A stretch of 15,489 nt of DNA, from assembly GCF_006345805.1 (NCBI RefSeq), contig NW_021825469.1:1-15489 (forward strand), in the 5' to 3' direction. This document shows, in pieces, positions 1 through 9,271 of the stretch (positions are counted from its first letter, which is position 1; every line of letters starts with the position of its first letter). The translations under genes and the position numbers were made by a program. The notes below the pieces were generated by a model. It worked only from the letters and a program-made list of their open reading frames with translations, was not told the origin of the DNA and searched no databases. Source of the stretch: Octopus sinensis (taxonomy: Eukaryota).

Positions 1-310
1 TTTAATGGAAATCCCAAGGCAGAAGAAGAAGATAATCGATATAAAGAAGACCAAAAAGAGATCAATTATCTGAAGAGACAAGATTACCGAAACCGGTTTG
101 TTTGAAACGGTCATTGGTTGCCAACGGTTGCGAAGAAGATTATGGCTAACTAAGCAAAAATGGAAATCAGGAATTTCAGAGACCACAAGAGTTCAAGTAC
201 ATTAAACATTCTAGATAAGGTTTCATTTGTAAACGTTTATATTACTAAACCAGAGGTTCTCAACCATACTCCCCTAGTTGGGGGGGGGGATCGATGTAAG
301 ATTTTATTTA

Positions 311-706
311 TACTCTTTTACTCTTTTTACTCTTTTACTTGTTTCAGTCATTTGACTGCGGCCATGCTGGAGCACCGCCTTTAGTCGAGCAAATCTATCC
401 CGGGACTTATTCTTTGTACGACCAGTACTTATTTTATCGCTCTCTTTTGCCGAACCGCTATATGACGGGGACGTAAACACACCAGCATCGGTTGTCACGC
501 AATGCTAGGGGGACAAACACACCACACACACACAACAACACACACACACATATATATATATATACATATATACGACAGGCTTCTTTCATTTCCGTCTACC
601 AAATCCACCCACAAGGCATTGGTCGGCCCGGGGCTATAGCAGAAGACACTTGCCCAAGATGCCACGCAGTGGGACTGAACCCGGAACCATGTGGCTGGTT
701 GTACAA
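311..706 (-). mobile_element. tRNA-derived SINE, family B here; head partly lost, internal (CA)n/(TA)n tract, stem-loop plus AAAAGAGT-type tail repeats
   Basis: Its reverse complement matches the copies at 898-1300 and 12370-13055 (shared blocks ggtagacggaaa, tttacgtcccc, ctccagcatggccgcagtc). B-box-like ggttcagtcc is present on the minus strand. Hairpin cagtc-attt-gactg lies at 345-358, next to tactcttt repeats. Confidence 0.9.
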
Positions 707-897
707 TAAGTTGGTTTAATTTTTACAATACACGAAATATTTTAACGAGTGTTTTTGAATACAGTTCCTTATAATATTTAATTATTCTTCTTTGGTCGCC
801 AGGCCTGAAATTTGGTTTTTGTATTGTTCAATAATGGAAAATTATAAAATTTATGAGGTTCTTTAAAATAATATCTAAAATGATTTTGAGCAACAGA

Positions 898-1300
898 GGC
901 ACAGGTGTGACTGTGTGGCAAAAAGTTTACTTCCCAATCACGTGGTTCTGGATTCAATGCAACAGTGTGGCACCTTGGACAAGTGGCTTCTAATTTAGCC
1001 TCGGGCTGACCAACGCCTTGTGAGTGTATTTGGTAGACGGAAACTGGAACAAGCCTGTCCAATACACACACACATACACACATATATGGGAATGGTTATG
1101 CTTAGACCCCACTACTGCCTGGAGACCGGAGTCGTTGTATTTACGTCCCTGTAACTTAACGGTTCGGCAAAAGAAACTGATCGAATAAGTACCAAGCTAA
1201 TAAAAAGAGAAGAACTGGGGTTAAAAGTTCTTCAACGCGGTACTCCAGCATGGCCGCATTCTAATAGCTAAAGCAAACAAAAGATAAAAGATAAAAAAAA
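898..1300 (+). mobile_element. SINE family B, diverged near-full copy
   Basis: It has a ggcacaggtgtgactgtgtgg head, a caccttggacaagt block, ggtagacggaaactg, an internal (CA)n tract, a ctccagcatggccgca block and an aaaagataaaagat tail. Confidence 0.85.
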
Positions 1301-1459
1301 AGACAATAGTGGTTCTGATTAGTCAAATCTGTGCACCCCAGGAAATCTTTTGTTATATAAACCAATAAAAAAGAAGCTTATTAATCAATATATCAGAAGA
1401 TGTGGTCTATTTCCCCTTCACTTTATCTATACAGGCTGACTCAAACGGAAGATTAATTT

Positions 1460-1532
1460 TTCATTTTGTTTTATGTTATTATTTTGCTTATGTTTGCTTA
1501 TTCATTTTGTTTTCTGTTATTATTTTGCTTAT
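1460..1532 (+). repeat. 32-bp direct duplication (41-bp period)
   Basis: 1460-1491 and 1501-1532 both read ttcattttgtttt(a/c)tgttattattttgcttat, with one mismatch. Confidence 0.85.
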
Positions 1533-2025
1533 TTATTTTCAAATTTGCGCACTGTTTCACTCGAATGGATTCTAATGATATGAAAGATAATAAACGGTTT
1601 TGTAACTAAAACAGTTCAAACATTCAGTCAAACATCGATTTTTTGAAAAACTGTATGCATTTATTTCGTTTTTGGATTTGGTTTTCAAGATTCTTTATGT
1701 GAGTTCGTGTGTTGAAGCATATACTGTTGTGTCTGAGGAGAGTCATTCTCTTTTTGTGCTTTATAATTTAACACACTCACAGGTAAAATTTCCACTTAAT
1801 TCCTTCTTTATTTTTCTAAAATTTCCTTTGAGTCTTGCAACCTTTTCAATAGTTTTACACAATTTCTTTCACCGGTTTCAGTCTAAAGTTTCCTTCTCAA
1901 TAGGATAACCTCCTACTCATTTCACTCAACAATCAGCAGCTATATTAAAGAACCACCTTGAAGAAAGAATTTTAATCGAAAAAAATCGACCCAATTTTTT
2001 AAGCTTGATACTTATTGTATTACGG

Positions 2026-2187
2026 GAGGTACATGGCCTAGTGGTTAGAGCAATGGACTCACGGTCGAGAGATCGCGGGTTCGAATCTCAGACCGGGCGA
2101 TGTGTATGTTTATGAGCGAAGCACCTAAGCTCCATACGGCTCCGGCAGAAGGTAATGACGAAGCTTCTGCTGACTCTTTCGCCACAA
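2026..2187 (+). mobile_element. tRNA-derived SINE, family C here; 3'-truncated
   Basis: A-box-like tggcctagtggttag and B-box-like ggttcgaatctc are present. It aligns by eye with 15055-15210. Confidence 0.85.
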
Positions 2188-2245
2188 ACACACATAGACA
2201 CACGATATGATATTTATCCACACACACACAAATATATATAAATTA

Positions 2246-2331
2246 GATCGACCCCAGGGCGCACCTTGGCCAAATTCGAACTCAGAACGCTGATACAACC
2301 TGCTAACGATTATGCCAACTCATTGCCTTGC
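2246..2331 (-). mobile_element. SINE family A, internally deleted fragment
   Basis: The blocks atcgaccccag, aaattcgaactcagaacg and gctaacgattatgccaactc match the family A copies. Confidence 0.65.
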
Positions 2332-2355
2332 TTTCATATTTGATATTCTGTCTGC

Positions 2356-2495
2356 TTCCGCCGAGGTCGACTTTACCTTTCATCTTTTCGGGGTCGATAA
2401 ATTAAGTACCAGTTGGAAACTGGGGTCGATCTAATCGGCTTATCTCTCCCCCGACATTGCTGGCCTTCTACTAAAGCTTGGAAGCAATATTAGAT
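2356..2495 (+). mobile_element. SINE family A, 5'-truncated, type-2 tail
   Basis: ttccgccgaggtcgactttacctttcatcttttcggggtcgataaattaagtaccag...ctggggtcgat is the reverse complement of the minus-strand copies. Confidence 0.85.
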
Positions 2496-2503
2496 ATACG
2501 ACT

Positions 2504-2715
2504 AAGGCGGAGAACTACCAGAATTGTTAACACGCCGGACAAAATGCGAGGAAACATTTCGTTCGCGTTTGCATTCAAATGCTATCGAAGTCAATTTTAC
2601 CTTTCATCCATCCGGGGTCGATAAAGTAAGTACCAGTTGAGCACTGGAGCCAATGTAATCGACCTACCCTTTCCCCCGTAATTCTTAGCCTTGTATCAAA
2701 ATTTGAAGCTAATAT
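2504..2715 (+). mobile_element. SINE family A, diverged full-length copy
   Basis: It has an aaggcggagaactaccagaattgttaacacgccgg head, a cctttcatccatccggggtcgataaagtaagtaccag body and a type-2-like tail. Confidence 0.75.
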
Positions 2716-3056
2716 TCTTTTCTACTCTTTGGCACAAGGCCTGAAATGTTTGGGGAGGGGGCCAGTCGATTACATCGACCCCAGTACGCAACTGCTACTT
2801 AATTTATCGACCCCGGCGGAATTTGAACTCAGAAAGTAAAGACAGACGAAATACCTATTTCTTTGCTACCCACAATGGGCTAAACACAGAGAGGACAAAC
2901 AAGGACAGAAAAACAGATTAAGTCGGTTATATATCAATTCCAGTGCGCAACTGGTACTTATTTAATCGACCCCGAAAGGATGAAAGGCAAAGTCAACCTC
3001 AGCGGAATTTGAATTCAGAACGAAATATCGCTAAGCAATTTGGCCGGCGTGCTAAG
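2716..3056 (-). mobile_element. SINE family A dimer: headed unit (type-1 tail) followed by headless unit (type-2 tail)
   Basis: The junction gacgaaatacct|atttctttgctacc falls at 2856/2857. The 2716-2856 unit lacks the aaaggatgaaaggcaaagtcgacctc block. Confidence 0.85.
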
Positions 3057-3155
3057 ACGTCAGATGTATCTAGAAGATATCATTAATACGGCGATATGGA
3101 GGTTTGATAAAATATGTTGTGAATGGTGAATAAAGCCTGTTTAACTGTTTAAATA

Positions 3156-3903
3156 TCTTTTTTCTACTCTAGGCACAATGCCCGAAATTTTGGAGGACGG
3201 TTAGAGTTAGCCCAGTCGATTAGATTGACCCCAGTACGCAACTGGTACTTTGAAAGGCAAAGTCGACCCCGGCGGAATTTGAACTCAAAACCTAAAGCCA
3301 AACGAAATACCTATTTCTTTACTACCCACAAAGGGCTAAACACAGAGAGGACAAACAAACGGATTAAGTCGATTATATCGACCTCAGTACGTAACTGGTA
3401 CTTATTTAATCGACCCCGAAAGGATGAAAGGCAAAGTCGACCTCGGCGGAATTTGAACTCAGAACGCAACGGCAGACGAAATACCTATTTCTTTACTACC
3501 CACAAGGGGCTAAACACAGAGAGGACAAACAAGGACAGACAAACGGATTAAGTCGATTATATCGACCTCAGTGCGTAACTGGTACTTATTTAATTGACCC
3601 CGAAAGGATGAAAGGTAAAGTCGATTTCGGCGGAATTTGAACTCAAAACGTAGCGACAGACGAAATACCTATTTCTTTACTACCTACAAGGGGCTAAACA
3701 CAGAGAGGACAAACAAGGATAGACAAACGGATTAAGTCGATTATATCGACCCCAGTGCGAAACTGGTACTTATTTAATCGACCCTGAAAGGATGAAAGGC
3801 AAAGTCGACCTCGGCGGAATTTGAACTCAGAACGTAGCGGCAGACGAAACATCGCTAATCATTTCGCCCGGCGTGCTAATCATTTCTGTCAGCTCACCGC
3901 CTT
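3156..3903 (-). mobile_element. SINE family A tetramer: headed unit, two headless type-1 units, then a headless type-2 unit
   Basis: Identical junctions acgaaatacct|atttctttacta fall at 3312/3313, 3486/3487 and 3670/3671. The type-1 units are 174, 184 and 233 bp, and only the 233-bp unit has the tRNA-like head. Confidence 0.92.
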
Positions 3904-4124
3904 AATTTGAAGCTAATATCAAATATGAAAATGCATTGATAATTAGATCAGGTTTAAGGAGTAAAAAGTGCAGAAGATGAATGGTTTGTGTGGTTCATAG
4001 ATGAAGTTGAAATAAACAGAGTTGTATTTGTTAAGTGGAACATCATAAAGAAACTATTTTACTAAGCGAAAGATGAGCTGTTATAAACTCAATGTGATAT
4101 TTTTCATTTACAAAGATCTGTGTG

Positions 4125-4153
4125 TGTATGTGCGTGTTTGTGTGTGTGGTGTT

Positions 4154-4194
<41 letters not shown>

Positions 4195-4938
4195 ATATAT
4201 ATATACATATATATAATATAATACATATATATATATATATATATATAATATAATATATACATATACCACACACATATATATACATAATACACATATATAT
4301 ATATATACATACATATATACATATATATATATGCATATATATATATACATATATGTTATAGTTACATATATATATACATATATGTGTATATTTACATATA
4401 TATATATATATGTGTGTGTGTGAATATATACATATACATATATATGCATACATATATACATATATATGTATGTGTATGTATACACACATATATATCTGTA
4501 TATACATACATACTTACATATATACATAAATACATGTATATACATACATACCTATATGCATACAAATGTGTACATGCATACATGCATATACATGTATACA
4601 CATATGCGTATTATGCATGCACATATGCATATATAGCAGCTCAAATATACGTATATATGAATATATAAATTCATGTACGTATGTATATATATATATATAT
4701 TCATATATATGTTTGTGTGTGAGTATGTGTGTGTGTGTATGTGTGTGTGTCTGTGTGTATACACTCATACACACACATGCGTACCTCATATTATACATAT
4801 GCAAACGTAGAAATATATATGCATATATATATATATTGCATGTATATATATATATATATATCTATATGTATATGTGTGTATACGTTTATATGTATACATA
4901 CATACACACACACACATATATATACATATATATATGTA

Positions 4939-4974
<36 letters not shown>

Positions 4975-5080
4975 TGTATGTATTTATATATGTATGTATG
5001 TATGTATTTGTATATCTATGCACACATGGAGACACTCACACACATACGTCTATATATATTTACGTATATATAACTGGAAG
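4125..5080. repeat. Compound degenerate (TA)n/(CA)n/(TG)n/(TATG)n microsatellite tract
   Basis: The tract is almost uninterrupted purine-pyrimidine alternation. All YI/YM-rich ORFs here derive from it. Confidence 0.97.
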
Positions 5081-5149
5081 TCGGAATTGTAATTTAATAA
5101 AAATCTTTTAGATTTTTCTTTAATCTCCTCTATGTTCCTTGCTTTCAAC

Positions 5150-6400
5150 GTCCGCCTCAAATCTATCAATACACGCACAGCGTTAGACTCATTTTCCTTT
5201 GAAACCAAAGACAGGATAGAACCATACTGCCCGAAGCATTATAAACTAATGCTGTGTTTCCAACGGTAACTTGAGTGAAATTAATTTTGATTTACATCAA
5301 TACACGAAAATTGTTACTGCTCCTCCTCCTCCTCCTCCTCCTCCCGCACCAGCTCGACGTCGGAACGAAAATACACCGGCAAATATTGCTATTTGTTATT
5401 CGTGTACGAGTGTCGAAGCGGCCGATGGAAGAGCCGAGCCGAACGAAATAACGATGGAGAATAAATAGATTTCCCGTTCTCATTTATTGACTGCCGGCAA
5501 TTACGACATCTTCTTCTTCATCAAGGAAATGAAAAGTTTGAGAAGAGAGTACAGGAAGTTGAAATATTGATCCGTCTACTTACGAAATAGATACACTAGC
5601 CGTTGTCTACATTGTACATGTGTGTAGACATTGTCCAGTAATAGGCAGCAGAGAAAATATGAAGAGTAACGGTTAGATTTAGATGAAGAGGCTAAGCAAA
5701 CAAGTATATGTACAAACACTCTTGCACGCTGCGCTGCGGTGTTTTGTATTGAGAACATAGAAATACAATAAAGTAATTTAAAAAGAAAAAAATTAAGCTG
5801 TTTACAGTATCTCTGTAGAAGATAACTGTGCCGAACGCAAGCTAATTCAATTTGTAATAAATGAATAAACGGTGTTTTCATCTTCAATAAATTAGGGGGA
5901 GAAAAATGATGTATTTATCAGTGCTGTACTGAGAGATGCACCTCGCCATAACTAATCTATAGATTGATCTCAACAGGACTTATAATACTCTCGTGACATT
6001 CTCTTTTAAATGAGAAAATACGAGAACAGTGGGAGATCGGTTTTGTCAATCGAAATAGCGCTCTAATGGGCAACAAAATAATTTTATGTCAAATTTATTA
6101 GGAAAGGAAGTAGCTTTTTTAAAGAGTTGCTTATCATAAATTCTATTTAAAACTAAATGATATTTATGGCAAATCCGGTAAAATGTGGAGATAAGTATTT
6201 TGTTTCTATTAATTTCTCGTTATAAGAAAAGTTGAAATATTAAAAAATAAATTCCATACAATTTTCCTGAAAATATAAAACAGTTTGAAGATACTAGTGC
6301 GTAGCTATTATCGTAACCTACAACTTATAGCGAATGAACGGTTGCCTGTTGCAAAGACCGTTGGGTTATGTTTGAACAGTGTTTACTTAATCACAGTCAC
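5150..6400. promoter_or_regulatory. TE-free unique island with a CpG-rich patch; possible promoter or 5' UTR of a host gene
   Basis: I recognise no repeats over ~1.2 kb. There are 15 CpG in 5341-5460 and a GTAAGT donor-like site on the minus strand at 5583-5578. No transcript evidence is available. Confidence 0.25.
5321..5344 (+). repeat. (TCC)8 microsatellite
   Basis: Read directly from the sequence. Confidence 0.95.
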
Positions 6401-6402
6401 TA

Positions 6403-6623
6403 CGAAGAGAGCGGGGGGCTGAAAAGTTCCTGGCTTTAAGGGACTCACGAAAGGCCTGGTTGGAGGTCCAACCGTCTAAGTTCTTTTACAAAGGGTTTAC
6501 GAGAACTGAAGGACCACTGCAATAAGTGTGTGGATCTGAGAGGGGAATATGGTCGATAAAAATCATAATTGATTTTCCTGCATATTATTTTACCCAAAGC
6601 CAGGAACTTTTCGACACCTCTTC

Positions 6624-6624
<1 letters not shown>
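6403..6624 (+). mobile_element. Mariner-derived MITE (internally deleted Tc1/mariner)
   Basis: A perfect 17-bp inverted repeat links 6421-6437 and 6596-6612, with cgaagag/ctcttcg at the termini and TA at 6401-6402. The interior encodes a mariner-like C-terminus, WLEVQPSKFFYKG/LRELKDHCNKCVDLRGEY. Confidence 0.85.

Positions 6625-6626
<2 letters not shown>

Positions 6627-6660
<34 letters not shown>
6627..6660. repeat. (TA)17 tract abutting the PLE 3' end
   Basis: Read directly from the sequence. Confidence 0.97.
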
Positions 6661-6664
<4 letters not shown>

Positions 6665-6870
6665 GTGAAATAGAAAGATGAATAATCTTGTAGTAGATTA
6701 ATCAAAAGTTTAACCGATACCTTGGTAGCAAAAATCACAGCAGTAAACAGCACGGTTGGAGGTACAACCATATGGTGTTGCAACCGTGCGTTGGTGCGGA
6801 TAATTGAAATAAAAATATTATTGGTGAATTGAAGAAATGGAGCTGAACGCAGATTGAACAGAAATCGTTT

Positions 6871-6963
6871 TATTTCATTCTACACGTGTTTCGAAAGGCA
6901 CAATTTACCAAAATCCGATTGAATAATGGGACCATATTGTGTCTTTCTCTTCAGGAAGAAAAT
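6871..6963 (-). ncRNA. Type I hammerhead ribozyme (HHR-1) in the PLE 3' region, sense to the ORF
   Basis: The core CUGAAGA lies at 6954-6948. Stem II is GAAAG/CUUUC plus CACAAU/AUUGUG, and GAAA lies at 6892-6889. Stem III is the palindrome ACACGUGU. The GUA triplet predicts cleavage between 6881 and 6880. Stem I has 3 bp, a mismatch, then 6 bp. Confidence 0.85.
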
Positions 6964-7548
6964 AGGAAATCCGTTGGAAAAAACAAAAACAGAACAGAGG
7001 CGGAGCAAAAACAAATCGAACTAGGCTCCTAAGAGCCCATGGCGAAACTGTTTATCAGTGTATGTTGAGAACTGGTGGCTGAAGAATTTAACGGGTCAGG
7101 CATCGGTCAATCAAGTGGGTGAGGGTGTGTAGATGTTCTTAGTGACCGAGAATAAAGTTCTGACTATTTAAGGAATATTGGATGTTTAATAAGGGGCGAG
7201 AAAAAATCTACTTAGAGACGTGTGTGTGTCTACTGTTCTGTATATGTGTGTGCTGGCGTAGGGGTAGAAAACATTTTTTGTATACGTGTGTGCGTTTGAT
7301 CGTTCGGCTGTCAGTGGCTACTGCAGTGAGAACCGTTGGGTGGCAGAAAAAAAAAAATATATATTATGTTTTATGTGTGTGTGTGTTCATCTAAGCCTGC
7401 CTTGTCAAGGAAACCCCCCGTTGTGAAAAAACCAAGCCCCGTTTATCTTACAGGAGTAATTCCCCTTGCAGTGGTTAATCGTAGATATCTTAAAGGCTAT
7501 TTCAGAATTTGTTACCAAGGCTATGGGTGCCGGTATTATTTATAAACG

Positions 7549-9174
7549 CTATTTAAAAGCCAGATAAGTGTAACGCCGCCAATGGGGGCATCGAAAAGCC
7601 GACTGTAAAGCCCGTTTACCATCCGGCCGCTGGCAAACAAATATGGAAGAGTTCGGAGACACAAAGGTTGCACTGCCTTCTGCCCCTATCAAATGGGAGG
7701 GCCACCGACAAAATTGACCATTCCAGCCTGTAGCTTAAGTTCGTATCCTTCAGTCGCCATATTAGCTTACTGAGTCCCGTGGTCTGGCGCTTGTTTATGT
7801 CCCGAAAAGTTGCGTAATGGTTGGAGACTCGCAAAGACAATCTTGAGGATGAGGCCCCTACATAAGTGAAGACATCTGAGTCCGTGTAAACCTTGCATTG
7901 GTAGACGGCGTTTTTGATCTTGGAGTTCGCCGACGTGAATCTTATTCTGCTAGGATTAGTTTCTGAAATTAGAACTGCGTTCCTGTCACTATATTCGTTC
8001 CGAGACCTGCAGCCGCTTACTACTCTATTTTCCACTACGTCACTATTAACTATAAGAATAACCCCTGATTCCACTATCTATCAGAGTGCTGTCATTGCTA
8101 GTGCCCGTGGTGCTGCTATTGCGGGAAATGATGCTGGGGATGCTATTGGGGCTCCTACCCTACTCCCATTGTTACCGTCAACCACAACACCCCTATTTAT
8201 AACTATACCCCTAGTGGGTACTCCCTGGCTGGAGCTGAGATTATGTGTCACTGTACTGGCTCTCATATCATTATTACTACTATAATTATTCCTACTGAGC
8301 ATTAAACCGGGAGCGGAAGAGGCTGTGCCTCCGGAAAAAGGTGATAGGGTCTTAGTAAGTAGCCTATTATTATGGGAGGCGATTATCTGGGCGAGGTTTT
8401 TAGTGTTGGAGAAAGCTATCCTAACTTTATGCGAGTTAACCGTGGAGTAATATTTGGAATTTCTGGGGAAGTTATTGGCGATGGCTTGTCTAAACATGAG
8501 GGGGAGGTTAGTTCTAATCTGCTTACCAAAGGGGATTACAAACCATATATGCTTATTCCTATCGTGTGATGGGTCGGGACGCCAGCTCTCGCATTCGGTG
8601 GGTGATTCTCGGATGAATAACGGGTCTTGGGTTAGTGTAAGACCTCCCGGACCGATAATTATCCTTGTTCGCTAAATTAAATGCGGGAGCGACTACCCCG
8701 GCATCCGCCGCGCTCCCGTCCTTACTTAAATTGTTAGTTATTATATACGGCCCTATCCTGATGACCGAATGATGGCATCGGAGGGCCGGATCAATATAAA
8801 TTACCTTCTGCCTATAACCGGCCTTGGATAGTGCGGCGTTATAAAATTCCGCTTTCTGCATAAAAATATCGGCACTGGCGGACAAGCCAGACAATCTTAG
8901 AGAGATGTTTTTAACCAAATGTCTGTTACGGTTTTGGCATGATTTGAGAAGACACTGACATACTTCAAATTAGTGGAAGGCTTATGGTAAGGGCAGTATG
9001 AGTCGCTATTAAGGTTAAGTGTAACGTCTAGGAAATTAGCCTTGGTGAGTTCATTATCAAAAACTATACTCATGCCCATTCTATTAAAAAACCTAGCTAA
9101 CCTGCTCTTAGTTTTCTGCACTATTCTGTTCGTGGTGTTTTGCAGGTAAAACAGACAATCGTCACGATACAGGC

Positions 9175-9178
<4 letters not shown>
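7549..9178 (-). pseudogene. Disrupted PLE RT-GIY-YIG polyprotein (C-terminal part)
   Basis: The motifs read, in order: IGLYRDDCL (YRDD at 9169-9158, in frame with ORF 8897-9121); NFLDVTLNL..YCPYHKP..SNH; FYNAALSKAGY; RNKHIWFVIPF..RTNL..NNFP; FSNTKNLAQIIASHN; AVYQCKV..TYVG; LRVSNH; GLSKLIWRLK; WSIL; CNLCVSE; CPH. Lesions are a 1-nt deletion near 8927, a frameshift between 8672 and 8559, TGA-TAG at 8083-8078, and shifts near 7640-7600. Confidence 0.93.

Positions 9179-9270
<92 letters not shown>
9177..9270. repeat. (AT)n tract at the PLE 5' truncation point
   Basis: About 45 AT units, with single interruptions at 9219 and 9265. Confidence 0.97.

Positions 9271-9271
<1 letters not shown>

Larger units (their letters stand above)
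6662..9178 (-). mobile_element. Penelope-like retroelement (Naiad-type), 5'-truncated, with 3' UTR / pseudo-LTR
   Basis: RT and GIY-YIG motifs occur in Penelope order, followed by a ~890-bp non-coding 3' region with an HHR. Both ends meet (TA)n. The 3' boundary is inferred from the TA tract. Confidence 0.88.

Noticed and set aside
250-265. ccagaggttctcaacc resembling a hAT-type terminal repeat
   Set aside because: There is no partner TIR or TSD in the window, and the match is too short.
2026-2100. tRNA genes at the SINE heads (also 10915-10987, 12370-12440, 15055-15130)
   Set aside because: A/B boxes are present, but there is no complete cloverleaf and each head continues into a SINE body.
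4104-5111. Many overlapping ORFs of 69-181 aa
   Set aside because: They are Y/I/M/C/H-rich translations of dinucleotide repeats in several frames.
5271-5887. ORFs 5271-5468, 5292-5483 and 5576-5887 as host exons
   Set aside because: They are short, have no recognisable domain, and are partly driven by (TCC)8.
7079-7085. Other CTGANGA matches (7079 +, 1733 +, 12275-12281 -)
   Set aside because: None has a stem II followed by GAAA and a cleavage triplet.
8078-8083. In-frame TGA as possible selenocysteine (some Naiads are reported to encode Sec)
   Set aside because: It is followed immediately by TAG and does not align with a Cys motif. I found no SECIS-like stem by eye in 6662-7549.
7914-8675. 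Plus-strand ORFs 7914-8285, 8372-8569 and 8454-8675
   Set aside because: They are antisense shadows of the PLE coding region with no recognisable motif.
8748-8788. CTGATGA within nested stems resembling an HHR
   Set aside because: The GAAA, stem III and NUH strand are missing, so no catalytic core can form.
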